Source of the DNA: Tubiluchus corallicola
Taxonomy: Eukaryota; Animalia; Priapulida
Length of the DNA: 64,000 nucleotides
Assembly (NCBI GenBank): GCA_030141605.1
Contig: JAQGDQ010000176.1
Coordinates: forward strand, 186,001 to 250,000
Direction: 5' to 3'
The position numbers and the translations under genes are program-made. The stretch's first letter is position 1; each line of letters starts with the position of its first letter. Below, piece after piece: positions 11,977 through 24,219 of this stretch. The notes beneath the pieces were generated by a model. The model saw only the letters and a list, made by a program, of their open reading frames with translations. It was not told where the DNA came from and made no database searches.

Positions 11977-14900
11977 TTTACCGACACGTTAAAATTATTT
12001 TTACGAATTTTACCACACCCTCAAGCCAGACTCAAACAAGACGCTACGCTTGACTACCAAGTATGATAATTGAACACTGTTCGTACGTCACCACGCCGGC
12101 AGAGAAACGCCGAGCGTAAAGAGCAAATAGTTCTGGTAGCTAGGCACCAAGTTTAAAAGCTGTATCCGTGATTTATACTGTCAGTCACTATCATCCTACA
12201 AACAGAAATGTTAATTCGTGCAAATTAAAACGTCGAAATGAAATTTATATAATTAGATGTTTCAAAAACATGTGACTGCTATAGGAGCACTGAAAATGTA
12301 CAGCAAAATCGACACATGGGATGCGCCACTTGTGGTTTGCTCATTTCTGTATAAGCCCCTTACACAAACATGGAATTTGACCTTTTAAAAACGTAGGCGT
12401 GAGCATTTAGTATGGCACCTCCATTACAAGTATAGTGTGAGGTAAATATGAGCATAATTAAGCATAATCCATTATTTATTTTCGGGTGACTGTTTAGGGT
12501 ATTAATTCATGAATAATCTTAAAAACACAAACATCTTATTATGTCTTTCTAGTCACTCATACAAAAATTAAGCGATATTAAAGAAGACTCATGCTGAAGA
12601 TCAAAGTAAACCTCGAATAATTGTTACTGATTCTGTTGATGAAATGTGAAGAAGCTTTAGTACCGCCACGAAGGCAAAACGATAGTCTACAGTTTTTCTA
12701 GAAACAGTTTTCTTAGGTAGTCACTCATCTTCTTATTGACCATGCTCAGCGTTGCTAAACTTCGGTCGCTAAGCGCACACATTGACCACTCAGCAATTAC
12801 TAGTATTAGCCTAGTTATCGAAATCCGGATGTGGGGATTGGTCTACACGCGCGCGCAGGAACCGTTTTTTTCTAAATTACCATGCTAACTAGTGCTATTA
12901 TATTTCGCGCTGGTCGAGCAATCTGTCGAAATTTGTTCTTTACACAAACACACTTCACTACACATCACGCCATCAGTTTTAATACTCATTTTAGATATTC
13001 CTCGTATTTTTGTTGAATGACAGTTTTGCTAATGGTAAACAGTCTTGGTATATTGAAATAAAATTTGCCTAAGACCATTTTCGATGATGCATTTCTATCC
13101 TCAGCGCATTCTTTAAAAGAAATGAGAATTTATTTCAAATACATTTGGTACATTATCTTGCAGCTTTGCAGGCTGGCGAGACTACTATGTCTATGTCGGC
13201 GCACACTCGCTGCCCGTTTTGACAGCGAAACTTTAATGCTTATAACAGAGCAGAGCAGCCAGCAGTCAGAAGGCAGAAAAACGATAGTTCCCCTGTGTAT
13301 TTTAAAACGATAGGTATTTTTTAATTTCATTCTTTCTCATTGGTTGCTGTATGAATTAGTTACTGGATACGAATTTTGTAAAAAAATGGTAGTAATGCAT
13401 TAACTTAGAAATTAAGTACCCATGTGTACAAGGTAATAACATTGAAACCCACTATTTTATATCTTGTATTATTTGTTTGGGCCAAGACTAGGTATTACCA
13501 TGGCGAGTGTTTACCTAATTGTTATTTGTGAGTTTTAATTTAATGTTTATTATGACTATTGACTCATTAATTTTTTTGGTCGTGATTATTCATTTTTATA
13601 TTCGTTGTGATTGTTCAACTCTAGAGCTCAACGTGTTCAAGCGTTTAATTACGCCACTTACAATAGTAATATATTTCATTCATTCGTTCATAGTCTCTAT
13701 TGATGTTCATTCTTATCAGTCTTTTTAGTTTTCTAATTTTGTTTTTCCTGGCGTATTTCTGTTCGTTCCGAATATCTTTGTTCGTTATTTTTGTAACAAA
13801 GCTTAGTGTTCTTGGCGTGTGTCTTAAGTTGTAAATTCGTTTGTAGGATTAAGAGGTTAAAGTTCTTTGTAGGCCCGCTACAGTAACCCTTCCGACGTTC
13901 GGGAAATATTCTTTATGTAGTTGTCTTCTCGCTTGGGAAATGCGTTGGATTGAATCTTTAGTACAAGCAATTTGTTGCTTGATTCATATTCACAGCTTGT
14001 ACCATGATGAGCTGCGTGGAAATCGACGTGGCTTCCAGCTGTGAAAAGGAAATGAACGCTATATAATTCTGACTTCCTATATGTACACGTGATGTCTGAA
14101 AATTCAAATGTAACTTTTTGTTTGAAGAAAATTACAATGTTTTGTTGTAGTAAGTGTTTAAAGTTGAGTGCTTAAATTATCAAGAGTAATAGGTGTACAA
14201 TTGTTAAGAGACAGCGACGGCTTGCATAATTGCTTAACATAATATGTGCTTGACTGCAATAGTAAAAAAAGGCCAAGATTGGTTAATGAATAGTCAGCTG
14301 CCAACTTGCCTCCAACTATTTCTCTGTTGACGGACATTATATTCACGGAGTGGCTAAGACACGCGTTGACGTTAATTATGTAACACAGGGCCATTATGTA
14401 ACAAAAATGATGTTTTCTATAACTGATTAGTGTAGGGCTGATCGTATTCTGTGGTTGGGTTTTGTTACGAACTGGACTGAGTCAATTTCTTTGTGTTCCA
14501 CCTGTGGATTTGGCTCAGGCTTGATCTGCTCTGGTACACGTCGTGGGTTTACTTTGAATGAAACAAAGGAACTGACTAAGACCAACCTTTTGAGCCAACC
14601 CCGATTATGTCAACACACAGCCACTGATCACGAGCTCTTCTGCGCTGGTTATTATATAATTATATCATTTTTTGTTGCGTAAAAATTGTTAGATAATCGT
14701 TACGTAATGACATGAAAAATTGCTGTAAGAAGACGAGTTTTGTAATTAGTTACATAAGGCAACGTTTTTCGTTACACAATGTTGCATTGCCACATAATGA
14801 ACGTTTTTTACAACATAACATGACATATCTTCTTAACAGTATTGCCCTTGACAATGAGATTCTTGGTTTCAGCATAGTTTTTCCAACAATAGTGGTAGGT

Positions 14901-16689
14901 CCTGCTATTTAGCGATACACGCCGTATGTAGAACCGTATAAAAAATAACAATGAATTGAATAAGTTTGTGTATACAAAAGATACTCCAGAACAGTAACTG
15001 TCTGATAAAATACAGCTCTTTCCAGCTTACGACACTAAATGTGGACAACATGTTTTACACGGGAGTGACGTCTCTCTTTATACGATCAACCAATTACACA
15101 GTGTGGTAATTCCTTTTTACGAATTGTGAAAATAATTGCTTTTAAAAGGATACCTACCTTCCCTAGTACTTTTTCCGTCTTACAGTATGGGTCGAAAAGA
15201 AGGTACAAAATTTTCACATTTAGCTAACGAGAAACGAAACAAAAGAAAATGCGAACATAAATGAATGATATTAGAAAACAATGTTTTTATTATCTAGTCT
15301 CTGCATACTTTTATTTTGCAAATGTTCATTTCTAGTTAAAAAGTATCACACGTATGTTATAATGCTTCACACTTTGGAAGCACATCGAGAGCGCAGCCAA
15401 ATGTTAAAGAAAAAAAACTGATTAAGTGGGGAGGAGGTGAAACAATTTTAAATACACATCCAGAAATACATTTATTCTAAAGGTGCTGTAGTATGGTGAA
15501 ACGTCGTGCAAGATTTTGAATAAATGGACTTTGTGCATAAATACAAATGGATTTTGTTTATACTATTCGGCATATTTAAAGTAAGCATCCAGCACCAACT
15601 TTATGTAGATCATTGTGGCGGGGCCGGCATCTATTTCATTACCAAGCGTAGTTCTCTCTGACAAGTTTTTTGGCTACGTTGAGATGCGTAGTCTTACGCA
15701 TCCTCCTTCGACGAATGACATGCAATTTGAATAGTGAAGTGAAAACGGTTTTTAGAAGTCACCCACCATTTAATCAATAGGCTTGTCATTCTTAAGTTTT
15801 GGTCGCTAAGCACATACCATGACGGCTCGACAATGCTCCGTCCCTCCAAGAACCCGAGAATTTCAGCATCACGTGTTATAATCCATCAGCTTCTCTCAAG
15901 TGGATAACTAGCTATTGGTTAACTGTTTGCGTTGTCGGTTATAAGTTTCTGAATTTCTTTGGCCGCCCTGTAGGCTGGCTGACATTTTCTCAACAGGTTT
16001 AGTTTCCATTGCCACTAATGACATTTAGCAGAGCCTCTTGTACGTCGATTATACCGGATTCTGCTAACATCGTCGGAATTTTTCTTCGCTCAACTGGGAA
16101 AATTAAACGCTTGACAACTAGAAAACAAACATTTCCACAGGGCTTCATGTTTGCTTAAGGACAGTGATGTCCAAAATATCTCAATGATTGAGCATCAAAA
16201 TGTTATTTCGCTAACATCGTTTCAGCTGTTTTGCCACAAGCGCATGAAACAGTAATTCTTAGAGTCAAAAAGTTACTGACTGATTGCAATCGACTGTTTG
16301 CAAACTGTTTTTAGTTTATCAGTGAATGTTTTAAAAACCCATATAACTTAATAATAGTTCATATTTGATGTTTATTGGGTAAACAATAACACACTTACAA
16401 GTACTAGTATAGTATGCTTGCAGAGTCATTTACGTATATAAACAAACACACAAGCACATACATAATATAATATAATATATATATATATATATATATATAA
16501 AGTGTTTACAAAAATATTTACTGATTTAGAAACATATAACGACATCACATATTAAGATAAATAATGTAAACACAAAATATAGATTAGTGGGAGTACAACA
16601 TTTGACTTTAATATGAATTTGATAAAACAATCATGTACAGATAATGTGTGTTGATATACAGGAAAGTGAGGTGAGCGCAATGAAATGAA

Positions 16690-17615
16690 AACAGCCAAAA
16701 AGGACGGCTGTTTTGTGTGAGAGACGCGTCTTTTTTTGAAAGTGCCGTTTTTCTCGAAATACGATTGATAAAAATCCGCTTTCTTTTCTTGATTCTACCC
16801 TTCTAAAAAAATATCACGTGCTTTTTTTCTAGAAACGACGCGAGGTTTCCGGAAGCCCGCGTGATTTTGCTTTCGAAAACGTCTTTTCCTCTCGTTATGG
16901 AATTTTGCGCCAAACTGGCTATATATCTGCAGCTATACTGCAACAGGGTCCTGGCAAGCAATTTTTAATGGCTAATTTTAATCAAAACAGAACCATTATG
17001 AGTTTATGTATAGTCGAAGAGTGTCTAGAGACAATATGATGGGCACTTACAATACACTCTCTTCTGCTTGCCGCACTTGACTCAGCAAGAATGTTCATCC
17101 TTCCAAAGCATCGGACTCACGAACTGTAAATTGTGTAAAGTTTCCATGACTAAATTAATTAACTAATATTAAGTGACATTATGAACTGATAATGATAAAT
17201 CCTAACATTTGTGCTTAGACTTCGAGACTGTGGATGCGTCAATTTAATCGCTTTTTATACAGTTTTCGTTTTTAACTTTATAATGTAACATTATGGCTAA
17301 TACGTTACTACAGCCCTAGTTCAGTTACGGGAGATAAAATTATCCACACGTAGATGATATATGTTGTAAAACACTTACTTAACTTTACACCAAAAGATAG
17401 GAGATAAGAGGCTCTCCTCCCTGTGGTAATGCTTTTCTACACTTACTTGATGTCAAGATACTTATGTGGTAAACCACGCTTCTCGAAACCACGTGTCATT
17501 TTCTTTCAATCAAAATCCGAAAAAATAAACCACGCGTGCATTATCAAGAAATGGACGTGTCCTTTTTGTCCAATCAAATTGTGAAAAAATCTCGCGCGCA
17601 TTAGCAAAAAGGACA
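16690..17615. mobile_element. Old element with long degenerate inverted arms (about 16690-16870 and 17465-17615)
   Basis: aaacgacgcgaggtttccggaagcccgcgtgatttt (about 16833-16868) approximates the reverse complement of aaaccacgcttctcgaaaccacgtgtcattt (about 17471-17501); both arms are rich in CGCG/CACG plus A/T-run units. Confidence 0.35.
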
Positions 17616-17798
17616 CACACGCGCGCGCGCTCGCACACGCACACACACACCCTCACACACACGCACGCCCACACACACTCACACACACACACACACACCC
17701 TCACACACACGCACGCCCACACACACACACACACACTCACACACACACACACGTACGCGCGCACGCACACACACGCACGCAGGCACACACACACACAC
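17614..17798. repeat. Imperfect (CA)n/(CG)n microsatellite
   Basis: Read directly; contains a duplicated cacaccctcacacacacgcacgccc unit. Confidence 0.93.
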
Positions 17799-17859
17799 AT
17801 ATATCGATATCGTATTAGTGGTTTTTACTTTTAATATCAAGATTGTTATAAATCCACAA

Positions 17860-17981
17860 TTAATTTTTTGAAACCAAACTGGAAAACTTAACAGGAAATA
17901 TGAAAAGTTGGAACACCGCCTGGATTAGAACCAGGGACTTTCTACTTTAAGACAGACGCCACGCCCGTTACACTGTCGATC
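17860..17981 (-). mobile_element. tRNA-derived SINE-like unit (left arm of a head-to-head pair)
   Basis: Minus strand ...ggcgtctgtcttaaagtagaaagtccctGGTTCTAATCCaggcggtgttccaacttttcatatttc...: B-box-like motif (plus 17922-17932), anticodon-like stem and T-rich tail; aligns with 18004-18122. Confidence 0.6.
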
Positions 17982-18003
17982 TTCGGACTGTAATGGTCAC
18001 TAG

Positions 18004-18122
18004 GGGACTTGGTAGTCCAGCAGTTATGGTGTCTGCCTCGTAAGCCGATGGTTCATGGTCCAAATCCAGGCTGTTCCGACTTTTTCACATTTCGTGTTTT
18101 TCAAGTTCGATTTCAAATTATT
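18004..18122 (+). mobile_element. tRNA-derived SINE-like unit (right arm), anticodon loop CTCGTAA (Thr-CGT-like)
   Basis: A-box-like TAGTCCAGCAG (18013-18023), tctgc-CTCGTAA-gccga stem-loop, B-box-like GGTCCAAATCC (18057-18067), tail tgttccgactttttcacatttc shared with the left arm. Confidence 0.6.
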
Positions 18123-21100
18123 CAAGAGTTTTCTTTCTATTTCGGTTTTGCGGCAATGCTGCGAGGCGAATTTCAATTTTAAGAGGAAAATATCTTAATG
18201 GCCTCTCCTTCGGTGATATATTTTCTCGTATCCCTAATGGGACGTGTATACGTCAGCCCTGAGCGTCCGCTAATTAATATTGTGATTTATTTCTTACGTT
18301 AGTGCACAATTCCACAGTTAATTACGCAGGCACAGGGTATAAAAGCTATCAGGACATTTCAAAGTAAATATATACGCATAGCAATAAAAGATGGAATGGA
18401 AAGATTTTTTATAATCGGTAAAACTAAATCGTCATAAAGTGGGAGATAATAGAATTGCCGTTTGTAAGAGGGAAGTTCGAATCGAAAGACAGTCCCGTTG
18501 CCGTTGTTTTCTTATCACGCTGTATATGTTAGACAATAAACGCCCACTTAAATATTATGTATGTTTTATTACAAGCGTCAGACATATATTTAGAAGTATT
18601 ATGTTTATTCTAGATTAGGTTAGATAAGGATAGGTCAGGTCGTGCCCGCTTCGCAAAACGGCATTGAATTACTTGGGTAAATTAGACTAATTATGCTAAA
18701 TTAGTTTGATTAATATGCATGATTATTTAATTAACTAATTGTCTAATTATGCCAAGTAAGTTATGCTTCATGTGAGAAAGTAGCCGAGATTAGAACAGTT
18801 TAAGCAAAATGAGCTAAAAAATTCTCTCAAAAGGTTTATCATCTAAGTTATTTTTATCCGTATGTTTGGAAAGAAAAAATACGTGTTTTCTGCAGTGATC
18901 TCCTTTCAATATTTTAATTGAGCAAGGCTCAAAAAATAGAAAGATTGGTACATTATACGCTGGCCTGTAGACCGGATAGTCGTTCGTTTACTGTCATTGC
19001 AAACAGAAATTGCAAACGATTACTGTTTTTTGGCCAACATTAATACTGGCGGGCAAAGATGGTAGTGGTAGTTTATCAAAATTTAATGGACACCTGCAAT
19101 GTTATTTGTTCAATCACGTGACGTATCGATCCACTCTGAATTATTATCAAATGTGCATGTAAGCCAAAAGGTAAGCTAGATTTTAAAGTGATATATAAGC
19201 CATATGGCTGATTTACAGTTAAATTGTTGATTGGCAGGTAGTGGTGTTATTATAAAAGTTGTATTGGGTTATATCATATGTTATGTAAATGATAAATGCC
19301 TTGTAAATCATCTGATGTTTCAACAGGTTTTTGAGCGTTTTAGCTGTTACTCAAGTTAAAAGACATGTTGATTATTTTTAGTAAAAAAACATTAAAAATG
19401 TTTTTATCAAAATCAGCAAATTTGCAAAAAATGGCGGGGTTTAAATGCAAAACGTTAGATGTTTTCTGTTAACCGAAATGTATGTAAACATGTTACAGAA
19501 AAATGTGATGTGTTTGATCCCTTTTAGCTTTTACAGTCTAGCGCGATACGTCTAGTCGATAAGACTGTAGTAACTAATCCTTTCATAGTCCAAATTATCA
19601 CTGCGACAGGAACAGTTGAAAAAAGAAGACAAGTCATAAAATGTCTGCAACGTCGCAGGCCAGTACCTGGCAACCAGAAATCGTTGCGTCTAATACACCT
19701 ACACTTGCTTGACATTCACCTGAACGAGAGCGTTATGTGTAACTGCTAATGACAATCTCAGTTTGTTACTTGTTCATCACTACTCGTCTCACCTAAATTG
19801 CGCAATTAATTAAGCGTCGCCCAAGAAGATTAGCTACACTCATTACTGCACAATTTACGAGTAACTGTGAGAAATGTTAACTGGCTTTGCACACGCAAGA
19901 AAGGGCTTCATTGAATGTGCTTGTATGGTTCAATAATGTCAATTTTACAACTTACTCATCATAGAGTGAAACAAGCAAATTAAATTAGACGTTACTAAGA
20001 CAGCAAAGACGGGTGGTTTCTTGTTCAATCTTCAACTTCCCTCTCATTTTTGTCCCTAACAAGAAGTTTCCGTTACTGCAGGAGTTTAGCTGTTGTATTA
20101 ATACTAAACCGAGCAGATTACAATGCAATTCCCATAAATTAAGATTAAACAATCTGTATCCTCGGATCGCACATATCGTAATTAAACAATCAGCTTTCAG
20201 CGTCTGAAAAGTCCAATTTTGTATGTAGTTTTAAAGGTTTATAGATAAAATAAGCAATGCGACAGAAATTTAAAATTACGTTCTAGTTTTTTTCTATAAG
20301 ACAAAAATTGCAAGGTGGCCTTAAACTTTTGCTAATGATAAGCGACGCTGTCACGTGATTCAAGCCCATTCGTCATTGCCATATTGAGGTTCAAACGCTG
20401 GAGATAAAAAATGGCCTTACAGTTAATGGACAAGAGAAGACTTTTAATGGAACTTGTTTAGAAAAAGTTTGTGCTACATTGCACAGAAAGCCGGACTGTG
20501 GATGGATCTTTGAATTATCAATAACAAATTAGAAACAGTTTTATTTTTCCGCGTCTGCCTTCCAGTGTCCGCTGCCAAAATATTAGTTTCATCACTCGTT
20601 GACAAAGATACACGTTTGCTTCCAGACGCTAGAAGCAGTGGTGTATCATGGACAATAGAATGCATAGATCATATCTGATGTTGTGATTAAAGTTTTATCC
20701 TACACGAGAATGCATTGCTTATATAGTTTCTGCACAATTCCAAACCTCGACTGTTAATCATACTGAAACAATCGTTGTTTAGTGTCCAGAGGACAGGAAA
20801 GGCCATCTTAAAATTGGAGTTCATGAAATGCCTACCTAAGTAGGTGTTGCAGTGTATTAGATGCAAAAGAGTCGCTAATCTCGCCTCCACACATTTCCAT
20901 CCTCTCTTGCTTCCCTTAAATTGTAATAGAGGTGGTTTTATTTGCAATTAAAAGATATTCTGTACAGAGGGTAAATGGACGTCAAATAACTAGGCAGTCT
21001 ATCGGCACTTGTCAGGAATTTCTTGATTTTGGTAGGTAGTGAAGTCTTATGTGCCAACTTTGTCATTCTAATGTAGTAGATTTTCCAAGTAAATTTTGTC

Positions 21101-23094
21101 AATATAGTACCAGTCTCTAAGGAACCCACTTGAAATAGTTTTTGAAAGAAATCACTATAGTTTATACATAAGTTGGTACGGTTTGGCACAGTCTTTGGGT
21201 TAGTCACTTCTGAAAGAAAATGAAATAACACGGTTTCCTGAAGAAGACCTTTGGTTTTATTAAGGGACTCTACAATATGTAGATTAGTTTTTAATTAAGT
21301 TGCGACATTGGTCATAAACCGTCGTTCGAGGTTACATCATTACATTGGACTGAGAAACGATAATAAACGAATATCTGCGATCATTATTTACCTTTTGAAG
21401 CCACTTATCAAAATACAGAACTTCAAAAATATTGTAATTAAGGATACATATGAACCACAAGACCTATGAATCATAGATTCGACATCTTGATTACTAGACC
21501 AAACAGACAATTGTGCTCCGCGTGTTTATTTTTCTGGCCTCAAGAACTCTTTAACTTTATTATCAAGACGATTTGTTATTGATAATTCAAGATGCTTCCA
21601 CAGCTCGGCTTTCTGTGTAATGTACTACAAAGTTTTTCTTAACAAGTTACATTAAAAGTCTTCTCTTATCAATTAACTGCAGGGCCATTTTTTATCATGT
21701 TGATGGTTATGCCCAGGACCAGAACCCATTAACTGTTTCATTATCAACTGCAATTCTCTAACATACTGAACTCGGCAGAGATGGAACTTTGAATAAGTTT
21801 ATGAACATTTCCGGACTTTTTCTGGCTTCGTTTGATATCATACATTTAATGATAAATGTTCTATTTTAAAGGTAGTACATCACTAATTCATAAAACTGTT
21901 GTTTAATGGTTCAATTTATCACTAGCAGTAAGATTTCTAATGTTTCTTTTTCTTTTTTGCGTTGTTGTAGGCATAGAAAATGTACGCGCTTTTTTGAACA
22001 TGGTGTTACCTTGGGTGCATTCTATTGCGGTTTCCTTCGAGTAAATTATGAAGCTCAGATAAACACGTAATCAGTCAAATGGATCAGTGGATTACTCGAG
22101 GGATTACTCAGTTATGAACATTTCACGCGCATTTTCAAAACATACCAAGTAAATTTTCGCGCTGGCACATGATGTCTACAAGCTATTCTGCTGGCGAAGT
22201 GCGAATTCCCCCGATTATTGTAGTAATTCTTAACGCGCAGACAATATAATAATCGATAATCAGGTTTACAAGCTGACTGCTTTCATCGGGAAAGATAAAA
22301 CAGATAAAAAGCTGTTTTAATATCTATTGATTCCGGGCAAAAACCTTGCCGCTTTTTGTGAAGTCTATTCATGTATGATTATGTAAAAATTTAATGAGAT
22401 GAAGAGCAGTAGGGTGGGTTTCAGCTCTGCATGCAATGTTGCTCTCATCTGGAGAGTAATCAATAGGCCATTGATTGTTAATTTGGTTAATTTGAATAGT
22501 TCTTGTCGAGTAGGCATTACACGCGCGTGTGCTAATCATGAATGGGTTTGAATAGCTCTTCTAACCCCGTTGCATACTTGTAATTACTGGAAAGGGTTTC
22601 TTTGAAAGTATGCATGTTGACAATGTCGAGAAAAAAAATTGTCGTAAATTGCAGCTCATCTACCCTTCTTATGACTTGTATCGACATAAAACCATCTCCA
22701 GGACACAAGAAGTCGTTTCTCTTCTAGTGTCTCGTTAAGACCAAATGACAGAGGTATAAGTTGAACATGTTTTTTTAAAACGTCTAGAATGTACATTAAA
22801 TATACTAGAAATTTCGCATTATTTAAGTTTTCAGTATTTTGCAACACTGTTGGTCGTTGTTACGATTAACTTGTAGGGTGTATGGTATTTTTGTTCTGAA
22901 ACATTTAAGGAAGATCATTGCCCTGCTTACAAATACCCTAAAATGATACTTATTTAACCACTTCTTTCTTTAGAATCAAAATTTTAACTAACCAACTCAA
23001 GACACCTACAGTTTCAATCACTATCTGTGAGGCATAGGTTATTTCTTGTTTATATTAATCGTCAACCGTCCTGCCAAACTTGGTTGTATCATGA

Positions 23095-23892
23095 GAATGC
23101 AGGTAAAATGACACAGGTAAAATGGCACTGGAAAAATGGCGCAAATGAAAAAGTAGGTAAACATGGCACAGTGGGTTACATTAGAAGATAATTATTTTAG
23201 CCATTTTTACCTCAGCCAAGGAAGTTATCCTGCAACACAGTCTGTTTTTTCGTCTGCTGTTTGGTAATTTTTTGTCTGTTATAGCACTAAGTCTATTACG
23301 TGAAAACCATCTAACAGAATTCCAAGAAGCTTTATGAAGAAAGGCGGGCTGAGGGGTGCCAAAATGGGAATTCTTTTTTCACTTCTTTTTGTTATCTCTA
23401 CATGTCTTTTGCTTATTAATGGGTATAGCCTAATAAGGTGACTTGGTATGTAAATATTTGTCAGTCTATTACAATTGCTAAAATTGATGGTTGAAAAGGC
23501 AGATAAACACTATGTGGAACATTGATTATAAATTTATTTAATGAACAAAGATTTTGTGAGTGTTTTGTCAGTCTGTACTCTATATAATACCAACGCACGT
23601 ACATTTTGGTATATTTGCTTGTTTATCTTTGTGATGAATTTTTTTATCAAAAGAATCAGACGAATAAGTTCAGGATTGTTCGATTTTAGTTCGATTTTAG
23701 AAGAGATCTGCTTCCTACTGAGCGCATTCTAATTTTATTATATAAATCAACTGCATCGAGTTATCATATGCGCCATTTTTCCTACTTTTTTATTTTTTCC
23801 TGTGCCATTTAAGTGTTTTTCCATTTGTGCCATTTGTCCTGTGTCATTTTTACCTGCGTCGTTTTTGCCTGTGCCATTTTTACGGCACACCG
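23095..23892. mobile_element. Non-autonomous foldback/MITE-like element with inverted arrays of a 14-15-bp unit (AGGTAAAAATGGCAC)
   Basis: Left array 23100-23170 (aggtaaaatgacacaggtaaaatggcactggaaaaatggcgc) is the reverse complement of the right array 23770-23892 (cctgtgccattt..., cctgtgtcatttttacctgc...), which ends GCACACCG. Confidence 0.65.
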
Positions 23893-24219
23893 TATTATGA
23901 CTATCATTTTTCAGCGCAAATTTCGTTCGTAGTAAATAGACGCATGTGCGATCCACGGCGTTGCTTCCATGATCTTGATCTCAGACATTTTGATCCAAGA
24001 AATTTAACTTTTAAATGTAAATTGCTCCAAGGTGACCTTGTGGTCTGGACGTTTTACATTTTGACTTCAGAAACCGTTGAAGTAAGTGTGAAAGGTAACC
24101 TCTTCAAACGTGTTTTTTACCAATTTGTTTTTAAGATATTCTGCAGACGCACAGACACACAGATGCAAATGTGCAATTGTCCTATCCATATCTGAGACAA
24201 GTGTTTCGCTCAAATTTAG

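Noticed and set aside
11133-12066. ORFs overlapping ELOVL in other frames or antisense; likewise 26088-26389 over the protease and 33073-33396 over the LINE
   Set aside because: Shadow frames of real coding sequence with no independent motifs.
14004-14072. ATGATGA..CTGA spaced like a C/D snoRNA
   Set aside because: No terminal stem and no recognisable antisense element.
19537-19750. About 70-codon plus-strand open frame after tandem acceptors
   Set aside because: No recognisable homology and no partner exon; the length is compatible with chance.
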